A DNA stretch of 64,000 nt from Nemertoderma westbladi (Eukaryota; Animalia; Xenacoelomorpha). Below are positions 36,282 through 49,074 of this stretch, in pieces. The stretch lies in NCBI GenBank assembly GCA_032718475.1, contig JAUCBJ010003383.1, positions 124,001 through 188,000 of the forward strand, in the 5' to 3' direction. Every line of letters begins with the position of its first letter. Positions within the stretch are counted from its first letter, which is position 1. The notes below the pieces were generated by a model. That model was not told the origin of the DNA and did no database searches. It was given only the letters and a program-made list of their open reading frames with translations. The position numbers were made by a program, and so were the translations under genes.

Positions 36282-37497
36282 CAAATCAAAATTTAAAATT
36301 AAAGTATTAAATGTTAAAAAAAAATTTAATAAAATTTAAAATAATAATAGTAAATAAAAACTAAACCAATGGTGTACCTTATCCTGCTATTAAGTATAAT
36401 ATCTATAAAAACTTATAAATAAAGGCTAATAAAATAATAAAACAACAGTGATATAGTGCATAAGAATGATATGTATATAAAAACAGATAAAAAAACATCA
36501 GAAATAAAAGCAGTAATAAAATCTTTAAAATTAATGAAATAAAACTAACAGAATGATTGAGTAATACTAACTACGCTATAGGGTAAATATCCAGAGGGGC
36601 CAGCTATACAAAAAGCAAATAGCAGCTGTATGTCTGGAGTTGAAATTATCATAAAGACGGGCATGTGGGGTGAGTCACATAGTTAGCAAAACAATAAGCT
36701 ATAAAATAAAACAAACTGACTAATACAAAATCCTAAGTAGAATATACAAAACAAAGTTCACATGTTATAAACACCAGTACCTCGAGTTGTGTGAGAACCG
36801 AGGCTATCCGCTGGATTTCCTCCTCTCACTCCATGCATCGAACCCAACACCTCTTGGTCCTGTGCCGATCACGCAGCAGCCGTCTTTACCAACGGAGGCG
36901 GATGGTCCATCAGCACCCCAAAATTAAATAAGACTACATCGAGTGGGCCAAAATACACCTCTTAACATCGCCCCCCACTTAACACTGTAGTTCCCCGTAT
37001 TGGTCTGTACTAAAACATGTGAACTTTGTTTTGTATATTCTACTTAGGATTTTGTATTAGTCAGTTTGTTTTATTTTATAGCTTATTGTTTTGCTAACTA
37101 TGTGGCTCGCCCCACATGCCCGCCAATGATAATTTCAACTCCATTCATACAGCTGTTATTTGCTTTTTGCATAGCTGGCCCCTCTGGATATTTACCCCAT
37201 GGCGTAGTTAGTATTACTCAATCATTCTGTTAGTTTTATTTCATTAATTTTAAAGATTTTATTACTGCTTTTATTTCTGATGTTTTTTTATCTGTTTTTA
37301 TATACATATCATTCGTATGCACTATATCACTGTAGTTTTATTATTTTATTAGCCTTTATTTATAAGTTTTTATAGATATTCTACTTAATAGCAGGATGGG
37401 GTACACCATTGGTTTAGTTTTTATTTACTATTATTATTTTAAATTTTTTTTAAAAAGTTTTACACATTTTAATACTTTTATTTTAAATTTTGATTTG
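36282..37497. repeat. Large inverted repeat: ~485-bp arms (36282-36766, 37014-37497) with a 247-bp GC-richer spacer
   Basis: Arms are reverse complements along their length with scattered substitutions. Confidence 0.92.
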
Positions 37498-37965
37498 AGT
37501 TAGTTTTGGTGCTCTAGTGTCTGTTGTTTCGGACCTCCGTCCCATTCGGACCTCCGTCCCATTCGGACCTCCGTCCGATTCGGACCTTCGTCCTGGAACC
37601 AATTCGATTGGACATTTGTCAAGTTCCCCCCTCCAAATAAATAAATTTAAATAAATAAAAAAAATATAAATATCCTCTAAATAAATATATCAAATCGATC
37701 TATTTTCAAACATAAGTCCCCCATTAGGTCACCCTTGGTTGCCCTGGTTAGATCTTATCCTTTTTTTATATTTGTTACGGATTAACAAGATTAATTTACG
37801 ATCCCAATTCTGTGGTTTGACCAGATTCCGGATTTCTTTGGGCACAAGATTTTATTGACTTATGACTTCGATATTTATTATAAATAATATACTTCAAAAA
37901 TATTATTAAATTGTTTGAATTCTACAATTCGCTTTAATTGTAAATAATGTATCATATGACCATTT

Positions 37966-38230
37966 CAGATAGGGGGGGGGGGGGGGAACTGGACGCAATA
38001 TACATTAATCCCTCTCCAGGGGAAATTCGACGCAAATAACAGATGATTACTCTCAAAAATAAAACTGTAACCTGTTCTATTGTGTTTAGTTTATTGTTTT
38101 GGTTAAAATAACCTGCCACTGTAACCTGCTCCTTTCCCTAAATTGAGAATTTAACATTGAGGTGGGATATTAATTCGCCAAGGCGGGTTTTGCGTCCAGT
38201 TTCCCCCCCCCCCCCCCCCCCCCCTGTCTC
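37966..38230. mobile_element. MITE with poly-G/poly-C TIRs
   Basis: GnAACTGGACGCAA / TTGCGTCCAGTTTCn; direct repeat GACCATTT on both sides; internal block shared with 27885-27992 and 25105-25148. Confidence 0.75.
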
Positions 38231-38776
38231 GACCATTTAATATGAAGTAATACGAAGTAATAAAGTTTCAAACAAATATTAGAAACCTATAAGTCGCCAA
38301 ATATAAGTTCCAAATATATAATATGCTATAAAACAACTGGCTGTTAAAAACATAACGGCTTTAATATTAAACTATGGAATAATAATATAAACTAAAAGGC
38401 GTATTAAATTATTTATCGTCCTAAAAGTATCCTATAATTTAATATATATATTATAATAATACTTTACATTACCGTTATCCTAAATTATAACGCTATAACC
38501 GGACAAATTAGTCTGAAGAATCTTCCTTCAAATAAATAGGTATTACAAATTTGTACTAAATTATTAAAATATAACCTTAAGCATTATGAATTATCCATAA
38601 AAATTAAAATAAAAACTGTAAGGCTTAAGATATAAGGTCCCTTTTCTCGTGGCCAGCCACACAGAAATCAATTACTGTAGATCGCAGATCGCCTCATAAT
38701 TATTGTTTGGTAAAACGCGGAAATAATAATAATTAATAAAGAGTATTTTCTGGTTACGATTGCAACCACAAAGACA

Positions 38777-39280
38777 TTAGCGTAACAGTTGAGTGAGCAT
38801 GTAGGCGACGATTCCTAACATCGTCGGCGATCCAATGACGCCAGAAAACCTATTTCCGCTCGACGGAAGTAGAGCAATCACTCTCGCGGGACCTCCAGTA
38901 CCACTAATTTTTATAGGCAATGCCATTACAAAAGACCCTGTCGCTGGAACTTCCGTAATTTCTTTGCTAACATTTTCTAGAACGAGGATATCAGCTGTTG
39001 CTAGGATCACGTGGCTCAGGAATGTTGTTGATTTACCATAGTCGATAGAAGCCGTATCGATACCTACCATGTTTATCTTTCGTTTTACCAGCAATGTAGC
39101 CGCATCCTGGTGCAGACCAGGAAGAGCTATTTTGGACCCATCGTAATTTTCGTTGATCTCATCGGTTCCCAAGTACTTAAGTCTGTCTGGATAGAACCGG
39201 TGCCAACCTGTTGAAAATAGAACCACACTCCCCTCCGGGATCATTCCGTAATCCGCCTCGAAATCTCGAATGTCGTCCGT
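38777..39280 (-). CDS. Cyclase-family (kynurenine formamidase/isatin hydrolase-like) hydrolase, exon 2 of 2
   Basis: TTCTTAG acceptor, phase 0; IPEGSVVLFSTGW, YLG, PGL, VGIDTASIDYG, SH, LEN, ALPIKISGTGGPARVIA; hydrophobic C-terminus. Confidence 0.93.
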   Translation of the reverse strand, partial: TDDIRDFEADYGMIPEGSVVLFSTGWHRFYPDRLKYLGTDEINENYDGSKIALPGLHQDAATLLVKRKINMVGIDTASIDYGKSTTFLSHVILATADILVLENVSKEITEVPATGSFVMALPIKISGTGGPARVIALLPSSGNRFSGVIGSPTMLGIVAYMLTQLLR

Positions 39281-40284
39281 CTAAGAAATTATTTAATATT
39301 CATATAATATATTATTTATATTTATCAAAAATAAATTAATAATTATACCAACAAGTTTGTGAGAAATTCATTTAATAAAAAAGTGATCCATAATGTATCC
39401 TTCCTATACATTCTGTAAACCTACTGTACTGCGTAAAATATTATCACTACACATCTCTACACACTACCCTAATGGATAACCGCTGAAAATGAGCATCGCT
39501 CCTTGCGCTGCTCATTATCAAATTAGAGTAATGTGTTTTTCACTTTATTGCGAATTTGAATTATCAAGGTGCAAAAGTGGTGAAAACGGACAAATATTGC
39601 AAAGTTTCATTCAATTTTATAAACATCTTCAACTTCAGCTCGGAAGTGGCAAGTTGAGACGAAGAGGATTTTAAATTTTCAAAACAAAAAAAACAATACA
39701 TCCATGGATCCTCCCACATTGTCAATCTTAGGATCTTTCGTGCCCCATCGATGAGTTATACGTGGTACACGCCATCAAACTACACAATGAGTAGTTCTCA
39801 ACGGATCTATTTGATCGCACGTCTTGAATTTTGCACAAATCCTACAGCACTGACGTCATGATGTTGGAATGGGGCGATGTGACCTACACATTTTGTGCAA
39901 TCAATTTGTGAAATAAATAACTTTTTTCAAGCAACCTTTGGTTCTACGTTCTACCCCCTATAAGTTTATTCTTTCATTGTTTATTCGAATGAGATAGAGT
40001 AAGATTGACTACATGGGATCCAAAGAAGTTTATTTTTTCCAAATATGATATGGAAGATTTACCCAATTTCTCCCAGTTGAGGTTTTGAAGGTGATGGGAT
40101 GGGTGATGATGTTTATGAAACTGAATAAAACTTTGCAATTAAATTTTAAAAATTCTGTAACTTTTTGCAACAATTCAAATTCCAAAAAAATTTAAAAATT
40201 AAAATATAAAGATGTCCACCCTGGTATCCATGACGTATTAATGAAACTCTTTTATTTAGTGGCATCCTGGCTCCCGTTAGTTTC

Positions 40285-40691
40285 GGTGTCCGGACAATTG
40301 TGACTTGGACAATTGCGACCCATGATTTTAGATAAATTGTCCGGGTCGCAATTAGCCTTGCCTACTGTGCGTATATTGTTAACATTGTTCAAGCACTATT
40401 TAATGGTTTTACTGTTGTTTGTTTTGAATAATTATATTTAATTATTTTTTTTACTAGATATACAATTTTTGAAATCTATAATGTTGTATAACTAATTTTA
40501 TAAGATTATAATGATCCATGATTTACATTAGATCGTTTTATTTTATCTGGGTTCGGACAATTGTGACCCGGACAATTGCAACCCGGACAATTGCAACCCG
40601 GACGATTGCGACCCGGACAATTGCGACCCATGATTTTTGAAAAACTTGCTGGGTCGCAATTAATTGTCCGGGTCGCAATTGTCCTAACTCC
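40285..40691. mobile_element. MITE with 15-bp subterminal repeats (CCGGACAATTGCGAC) in the cyclase intron
   Basis: Imperfect TIRs GG..GGACAATTG.GAC; tandem units 40555-40630; no TSD found. Confidence 0.6.
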
Positions 40692-40861
40692 TTTTTTATA
40701 TACAGTATTCAACATAAAATATCCAGCGATATCACTAGTCAACAAATATAATTAATTTAACATAAATTAACATTTAGGTCAGTATCCTATGTATATATAT
40801 ATAATACAATATGCCCGAGTATTTACATTTAGCCTACATTCTACATACATTTAATACTCAC

Positions 40862-41263
40862 TGAAATGAGATAATCCCCATTATCTCCAACTTTCTCTGT
40901 TACATTAACAACTACAGCTGGACCCATTAGCTTCTCCATTTCCATGGCGTCTAGACGTGGTTTCCCCTTTACGAAATGATTCAGGCCGTCCATGTGGGTG
41001 CTTATGTGTTCGGGGGTAAAGAATTTACCGGTCTCGTAGAATAAATCCTCAGGCTTAATATCATCAGGGTTGGTGCTGGTGCGTGTCCACTTATACAGTT
41101 CAATGTTGTTTGGCCAAGCGACGGATTTTTCGTTCAACGAATAGGATAAATCTATTGTCCTCGATGGTTGGAACGTAAACGAGCCGTCGTTATCACTGAC
41201 GATTTGGGATGTACCTAGTTGCCAGGTCAGTGATGTGAGCAACAAATAAAGTAGGGTATTCAT
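40862..41263 (-). CDS. Cyclase-family hydrolase, exon 1 of 2 (signal peptide + metal-binding motif)
   Basis: MNTLLYLLLTSLTWQLGTS, IDLSY, WP, EHISTHMDGLNH, GPAVVVNV; GTGAGT donor at 40861; with exon 2 gives 301 aa. Confidence 0.93.
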
Positions 41264-41861
41264 TTTATTACTCTTTCAGTAGTTATCCTGACTTTCTGTG
41301 AGTAAATATTCATTAATTTCCGTAATTCAAATTAGCCTCTATATTATTATCTATGAAATCCTAATAAAAAATTTTCGTTTCAAAATTGAGGTATTTATTG
41401 TTCTGAGAATATTGTTTGTTAAATTTCTATTTAAATAAGCCAGAATTGCACAATTTCACAATATGACTATATTATTTACTTATAATCTAACAACTTATTG
41501 TTATTTACTTGGAAATCAATATAAATAAGCAAAATAAATCAGTAAACTCATCTATATATTACTATTAGTAAATGGGGTGAAATTGTTTGGAACATTACCA
41601 ACATTTTATATTACTCCCCAACGCTATAAAGTTTGATATTGTTATATTAATAAAATTTGTAAAAGCATTCAGTAATCATCGCTATTGGCCTTCACACGCA
41701 GAATGAAATGCATTTATGACAAATTGGCAAACCGTGCTAAATCCAGTTTGGTTTACTTCTCATCTTAATCTTAATTCCTCCATTCGGAAGGCTATAACTG
41801 TGTGACCTCTTTTTATTGTTTAGCGTTGTATTATCCCCCGGATTAAAACCCTTTGTTGCAC

Positions 41862-42345
41862 TTGTGGGGCGAGCGAAGAAAGTAAGCGAGCTTAGCATAC
41901 CTCTACTATCTAACGAGCTCATTGATTTCATTTGATTTGAGCATACAGGTACCACTAACTCAATCGGGGTGTCTGTTGTTCTGTTGATCTGTTGTGTCCA
42001 ATTTTAAACGTTAATAACTCAGCCAAATGTTAATGAAATTTAACCAAACTTGGTACACATGTAGTCTGGCCAAAGTTTAGAAATTTTCCAAGTTGAATTT
42101 CCGCGTGGCCTTCGAGAAGCTAAGATAATAGCAGTTAATTAGTTAATTAAGTTGATTAGGGTAAAAACAGCAATTTCAACCTGCCTCCTTAAAGGATATT
42201 AATTATTTTCTAGTATAAGATTTAAATAAATATACTTAAAAGTTGCACAGCTGTAATCCCCATATACCATTCCATTATAGTTTTTAATTAGTTCAAGAAA
42301 TTTGCTTTAAGAAATGTGTTTTTAATTGATGTAAACGTAATTAAG
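41862..42345 (+). mobile_element. HINE-like element abutting the satellite
   Basis: TGTGGGGCGAGCGAAG..CGAGC end, CTGTTG microsatellite-like block, homologous to 1770-2182. Confidence 0.6.
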
Positions 42346-42356
42346 TTAAAGCGATG

Positions 42357-45300
42357 CGGTGCATCACATCTATTCCCCAATGGTCAACATCTACTCCATA
42401 ATGGTGGGTGCAACACCACATCTACTCCCCAATGGTCAACATCTACACGACAATGGTGGGTGCATCACATCTACTCCCCAATGGTTAACATCTACTCCAC
42501 AATGGTGGGCGCAACACCACATCTACTCCCCAATGGTCAACATCTACTCCACAATGGTGGCTGCGTCACATCTACTTCGCAATGGTGGCTGCACCACATC
42601 TACTCCCCAATAGTCAACATCTACTCCACAATGGTGGGTGCACCACATCTACTCCCCAATGGTCAACATCTACTCCACAATGGTGGGTGCACCACATCTA
42701 CTCCCCAATGGTCAACATCTACTCCAGAATGGTGGCTGCACCACATCTACTCCACAATGCTGGGTGCACCACATCTACTCCCAATGGTCAATATCTACTC
42801 CACAATGGTGGCTGCACCACATCTACTCCACAATGCTGGGTGCACCACATCTACTCCCCAATGGTCAACATCTACTCCACAATGGTTGCTGCACCACATC
42901 TACTCCACAATAGTGGGTGCATCACATCTACTCCCCAATGGTCAACATCTACTCCCCAATGGTCAACATCTAATCCACAATGGTGCACCCACCATTGAGG
43001 AGTAGATGTTGACCATTGGGGAGTAGATGTTGTGCAACCACCATTGGGGAGTAGATGAGGTGCAGCCACCATTGTGGAGTAGATGTTGACAATTGGGGAG
43101 TAGATGTGGTGCAGCCACCATTGGGGAGTAGATGTTGACCATTGGGAAGTAGATGTGGTGTGCAGCCACCATTGGGGAGTAGATGTTGACCATTGGGGAG
43201 TAGATGTGGTGCAGCCACCATTGTGGAGTAGATGTTGACTATTGGGGAGTAGATGTGATGCACCCACAATTGTGGAGTTGATGTTGACCATTGGGGAGTA
43301 GATGTGGTGCAGCCACCATTGTGGAGTAGATGTTGACCATTGGGGAGTGGATGTGGTGCAGTCACCATTGTGGAGTAGATGTGATGCACCCACCATTGTG
43401 GAGTAGATGTTGACCATTCGGGAGTAGATGTGATGCACCCACCATTGTGGAGTTGATGTTGACCATTGGGGAGTATATGTGGTGCAGCTACCATTGAGGA
43501 GTAGATATTGACTATTGGGGAGTAGATGTGATGCACCCACCATTGTGGAGTTGATGTTGACCATAGTGGAGTAGATGTTGACCATTGGGGAGTAGATGTG
43601 GTGCAGCCACCATTGTGGAGTAGATGTTGACCATTGGGGAGTATATGTGGTGCAGCCACCATTGTGGAGTTGATGTTGACCATTGGGGAGTAGATGTTGA
43701 CTATTGTGGAGTAGATGTGGTGCAGCAACCTTTATGGAGTAGATGTTGACCATTGGGGAGTAGATGTTGACCATTGTGGAGTAGATGTGATGCAGCCACC
43801 ATTGTGGAGTAGATGTTGACCATTGGGGAGTAGATGTGGTGCAGCCACCATTGTGGAGTAGATGTCGACTATTGTGGAGTAGATGTGATGCACCCACCAT
43901 TGTGGAGTTGATGTTGACCATTGGGGAGTAGATGTGATGCATCCACCATTGTGGAGTTCATGTTGACCATTGGGGAGTAGATATGGTGCAGCCACCATTG
44001 TGGAGTAGATGTGATGCACCCACCATTGTGGAGTAGATGTTGACCATTGGGGAGTAGATGTGATGCACCCACCATTGTGGAGTTGATGTTGACCATTGGG
44101 GAGTATATGTGGTGCAGCTACCATTGTGGAGTAGATGTTGACCATTGGGGAGTAGATGTGGTGCAGCTACCATTGTGGAGTAGATGTTGACCATTGGGGA
44201 GTAGATGTTGACCATTGGGGAGTAGATGTTGACTATTGTGGAGTAGATGTGGTGCAGCCACCATTGTGGAGTTGATGTTGACCATTGGGGAGTAGATGTT
44301 GACCATTGTGGAGTAGATGTGGTGCACCAACCTTTATGGAGTAGATGTTGACCATTGGGGAGTAGATGTTGACCATTGTGGAGTAGATGTGGTGCAGCCA
44401 CCATTGTGGAGTAGATGTTGACCATTGGGGAGTAGATGTGGTGCAGCCACCATTGTGGAGTAGATGTCGACTATTGTGGAGTAGATGTGATGCACCCACC
44501 ATTGTGGAGTTGATGTTGACCATTGGGGAGTAGATGTGATGCACCCACCATTGTGGAGTTCAGGTTGACAATTGGGGAGTAGATGTGGTGCAGCCACCAT
44601 TGTGGAGTAGATATGATGCACCCACCATTGTGGAGTTGATGTTGACCATTGGGGAGTATATGTGGTGCAGCCACCATTGTGGAGTAGATGTGATGCACCC
44701 ACCATTGTGGAGTAGATGTTGACCATTGGGGAGTAGATGTGGTGCAGCTACCATTGTGGAGTAGGTGTTGACCATTGGGGAGTAGATGTTGACCATTGGG
44801 GAGTAGATGTTGACCATTGGGGAGTAAATGTTGCCCATTGGGGAGTAGATGTGGTGCAGCCACCATTGGGGAGTAGATGTTGACCATTGGGGAGTAGATG
44901 TGGTGCAGCCACCATTGTGGAGTAGATGTTGACCATTGGGGAGTAGATGTGGTGCAGCCACCATTGTGGAGCAGATGTTGACTATTGGGGAGTAGATGTG
45001 GTGCATCCACCATTGTGGAGTTGATGTTGACCATTGGGGAGTAAATGTTGACCATTGGGGAGTAGATGTTGACCATTGGGGAGTAGATGTGGTGCAGCCA
45101 CAGGGTGGAGTAGATGCTGACCATTGGGGAGTAGATGTTGACCATTGGGGAGTAGATGTTGACCATTGGGGAGTAGATGTGGTGCAGCTACCATTGTGGA
45201 GTAGATGTTGACCATTGGGGAGTAGATGTTGACCATTGGGAGTTGATGTTGACCATTGGGGAGTAGATGTTGACCATTGGGGAGTAGATGTGGTGCAGCT

Positions 45301-46658
45301 ACCATTGTGGAGTAGATGTTGACCATTGGGGAGTAGATGTTGACCATTGGGAGTTGATGTTGACCATTGGGGAGTAGATGTTGACCATTGGGGCGTAGAT
45401 GTGGTACAGCTACCATTGTGGAGTAGATGTTGACCATTGGGGAGTAGATGTTGACCATTGGGAGTTGATGTTGACCATTGGGGAGTAGATGTTGACCATT
45501 GGGGAGTAGATGTGGTGCAGCTACCATTGTGGAGTAGATGTTGACCATTGGAGAGTAGATGTGGTGCAGCTACCATTGTGGAGTAGATGTTGACCATTGG
45601 GGAGTAGATATTGACCATTGGGGAGTAGATGTTGACCATTGGGGAGTAGATGTGGTGCAGCTACCATTGTGGAGTAGATGTTGACCATTGGGAGTTTTAA
45701 CCATTGTGGAGTAAATGTTGACCATTGGGGAGTAGATATGGTGCAGCTACCATTGTGGAGTAGATGTTAACCATTGGGGAGTAGATGTTGACCATTGGGA
45801 ATTGATGTTGACCATTGGGGAGTAGATATTGACCATTGGGGAGTAGATGTGGTGCAGCTACCATTGGGGAGTAGATGTTGACCATTGGGGAGTAGATGTG
45901 GTGCAGCCACCATTGTGGAGTAGATGTTGACTATTGGGAAGTAGATGTGATGCACCCACCATTGTGGAGGTGATGTTGACCATTGGGGAGTAGATGTTGA
46001 CCATTGGGGAGTAGATGTGGTGCAGCCACCATTGTGGAGTAGATGTTGACCATTGGGGAGTAGATGTGGTGCAGCCACCATTGGGGAGTAGATGTTGACC
46101 ATTGGGGAGTAGATGTGGTGTGCAGCCACCATTGGGGAGTAGATGTTGACCATTGGGTAGTAGATGTGGTGCAGCCACCATTGTGGAGTAGATGTTGACC
46201 ATTAGGGAGTAGATGTTGACCATTGGGGAGTAGATGTGGTGCAGCCACCATTGTGGAGTAGATGTTGACCATTGGGGAGTAGATGTGGCGCAGCTACCAT
46301 TGTGGAGTAGATGTTGACCATTGGGGAGTAGATGTTGACCATTGGGAGTTGATGTTGACCATTGGGGAGTAGATGTTGACCATTGGGGAGTAGATGTGGT
46401 GCAGCTACCATTGTGGAGTAGATGTTGACCAATGGGGAGTAGATGTTGACCATTGGGAGTTGATGTTGACGATTGGGGAGTAGATGTTGACCATTGGGGA
46501 GTAGATGTGGTGCAGCTACCATTGTGGAGTAGATGTTGACCATTGGGGAATAGATTTTGACCATTGGGGAGTAGATGTTGACCATTGAGGAGTAGATGTT
46601 GACCATTGGGAGTAGATGTTGACCATTGGGAGTAGATGTTGACCATTGGGGAGTAGAT
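42357..46658. repeat. Composite 21/28-bp satellite with an orientation switch at ~42986
   Basis: Units CCATTGKGGAGTAGATGTTGA (21) and CCATTGKGGAGTAGATGTGGTGCAGCCA (28); 42357-42985 is the reverse-complement orientation. Confidence 0.97.
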
Positions 46659-47397
46659 AGGAGCTTCTCGCAGCAAATCAAATCGAAAAAGAAATCGGTT
46701 TACATTATCATTGGATCACTCAATCACCTGCCACTGTTATCTCTGGAAACAGGGCTATAAATATTTCATAGCACTCATTGTTTCCTACTAGCCCTCCAGC
46801 TCTACCTCGTAGATGAAAAACCCTGCGGTTTTCGACTGTGAAGTCCTCGCGAGCTGCCGAGTCTTCCGAGCCAAGCGCGAATCGAACTCTATCGAGGATC
46901 AGTTCACCTCGGGACCTGCCTTCAGCTCCTCGACGTAGAAGCGGCCCGGCCAAAATAATAGACACCTCGTAACGCGCGCTACGGCACACGGTTTCCATCC
47001 AAAAATGTCTACCAATACAAATAAATAAAATAATAACAATTAACAAATAACAAATAAACAAACAACAAATAACAAATAATATTGTAAATGGTTTTATATA
47101 ACGTAGTTCACTAGTGATAGTAAACTCAGTCGCGCAACATATCAGAGAGTATAGTGTGTGTCGTCAAAAGGCAGATGGAGACAGTTAATATTATTTCACT
47201 GAAAAGTATAGCCTATATGCGATCCACCAATTACACCATTATGACTTAAGACACCTATTGGACACCATGATATGAAATCTTTTATTAATTTCCCTGTTTA
47301 CACTGATAACTGTAACCTGTTAATTACAGTATACTAAAATATAACAACTGAGTTAAACTTCAACACTCAAAAATATAAAATAAACTATAGAATAAAA

Positions 47398-48841
47398 TGT
47401 TATTCCCCATTAATGATATCATTTATAATAGTGGGCTACCTACAGACCTAAAAAAATATCACTTTTTGCCCACGGGAAAATATCAGTGATATTCCCGCGT
47501 TGCTATGCAACTGCCTATTATCCTAGGCCTACTGTAGCTCTATTAGCAAATCAGATTGTCAGAACCTACCGGTACCACAACCCATTTTTGTATCATTATC
47601 CATTGTCTGAAATTGAAAGAACCAGACCGGTAGGCCTACGGTACCTAGTCTGTAGCCAGGCAGTATTGGGCTGACCAAGCTGCTTGGCATGGTATAGGCT
47701 TAGTACTGGTACGGATTCCAGGACCGGTACCTGTGTGCGGTTTTGTTTTTTCATCACTTAATTGCTGTCCAACTGCCTGAGGGATAAAGCTGCGAAGCTT
47801 TGAAGCTGTGGACTGGTAGCGAATAGCGATACAAGTCTGTACAGCAGGCTAGGTAGACCGTACTGTACATATTTCGTGCCCTGTTCTGTCTTTATGTTTA
47901 ATACGTAAGTTGGACGCGCAGTATGGAAATGAATATTGATTTTTTATTTGAATAATAATAAAAAACTGGCTTTAAATAAAACTTGTTTTTTTAACTACAG
48001 TAAACTATTGATTATGGTAATGTAACACGGAAACAGTCTTTATATATAGGCCTAACGGATATTTATGCGAAACCGGAATGCAAATTTCCCTGGTCACATT
48101 CCCGGACTCGAACCCACGTCATCTGGAGTCGGAGACCCGAGTTCAAGGCTCCGCTATAATTAAACGGTTAAACCACTACACAATTTATTCCCTTGATATT
48201 AATATGTTTACTATAAATGGTCCCGCATGCACCATTATGAACTTATACAGTATTTAGTTATGCATTATTTAATCATTCTGAATGCACAAATACAATTTAA
48301 TGATTTAATATATATTGATATATATTTAATCCCCCCAAAATACCAAGCCCCATTTACTTCACTTTTAGAAAACCCTTTTAGAATTGTTAATAATGTGGAA
48401 TAACACATTTATTGCCCGGTTATCAAGTTATTTTCCCTAATATTTTACCCTCGGGCAGGAAACCCTCGGGCTGCGCCCTCGGGTTATTCCTGCCCTCGGG
48501 TAAAATATACGGGAAAATAACTTGATAACCGTGCAATAAGTATTGTTATTCCCCATTTATGAGCGGGTTAGATATCATTTCTAATAGTGGCCTACCTACA
48601 AAGTAACACTTTGCCCACAGGAAAATATCAGTGATATTCCCGCGTTGCTATGCAACTGCCTATTATCCTAGGCCTAGCTCTATTAGCAAATCAGATTGTC
48701 AGAACCTACCGGTACCACAACACGTTTTTGTATCATTATCCATTGTCTGAAATTGAAAGTACCAGACCGGTACGGTACGGTACCCAGCCTGTAGCCATGC
48801 AGTAGTGGGCTGACCAAGCTGCTTGGCATGGTATTGGCTTA
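47398..48841. mobile_element. Non-autonomous element with ~300-bp direct repeats (47398-47701, 48544-48840) and a long hairpin (48392-48557); Crypton-like
   Basis: Direct repeats read by eye; hairpin centre CCCTCGGGCTGCGCCCTCGGG resembles non-autonomous Crypton-type repeats. Confidence 0.5.
48088..48192 (-). mobile_element. tRNA-derived SINE-like head
   Basis: TGTGTAGTGG A-box-like and GGTTCGAGTCC B box. Confidence 0.4.
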
Positions 48842-48842
48842 A

Positions 48843-49020
48843 TACCGGTGTAACAGCGGATTCAGTCCCCCGAAGAATCGGTCCCCCCGGACCGGATCTG
48901 CTAGCGGATTTAGTCCCCCCGGACCCAATCCGCTAGCAGATTTGGTCTCCCTAGGACCAAATCTGCTAGCGGCTTGGGTCCTCGTTCGCGGATTTCCCCC
49001 CCCCCCCCCCCCCCCCCCCA
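48843..49020. mobile_element. MITE fragment with GGACC..ATCYGCTAGCGGATT repeats
   Basis: TACCGGTGTAACAG start and three tandem ~31-bp units. Confidence 0.5.
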
Positions 49021-49074
49021 ATGTTATTGCAATAATTTCAAAATACACTGCCAGACTGCTCCGTTCCCTTCCTT

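Noticed and set aside
36870-36918. Hammerhead in the inverted-repeat spacer (minus strand CTGATGG)
   Set aside because: Core deviates and there is no GAAA after the putative stem II
42316-46681. Many overlapping His/Pro-rich ORFs
   Set aside because: All three frames of the satellite are open and flip strand with the array; repeat artefact
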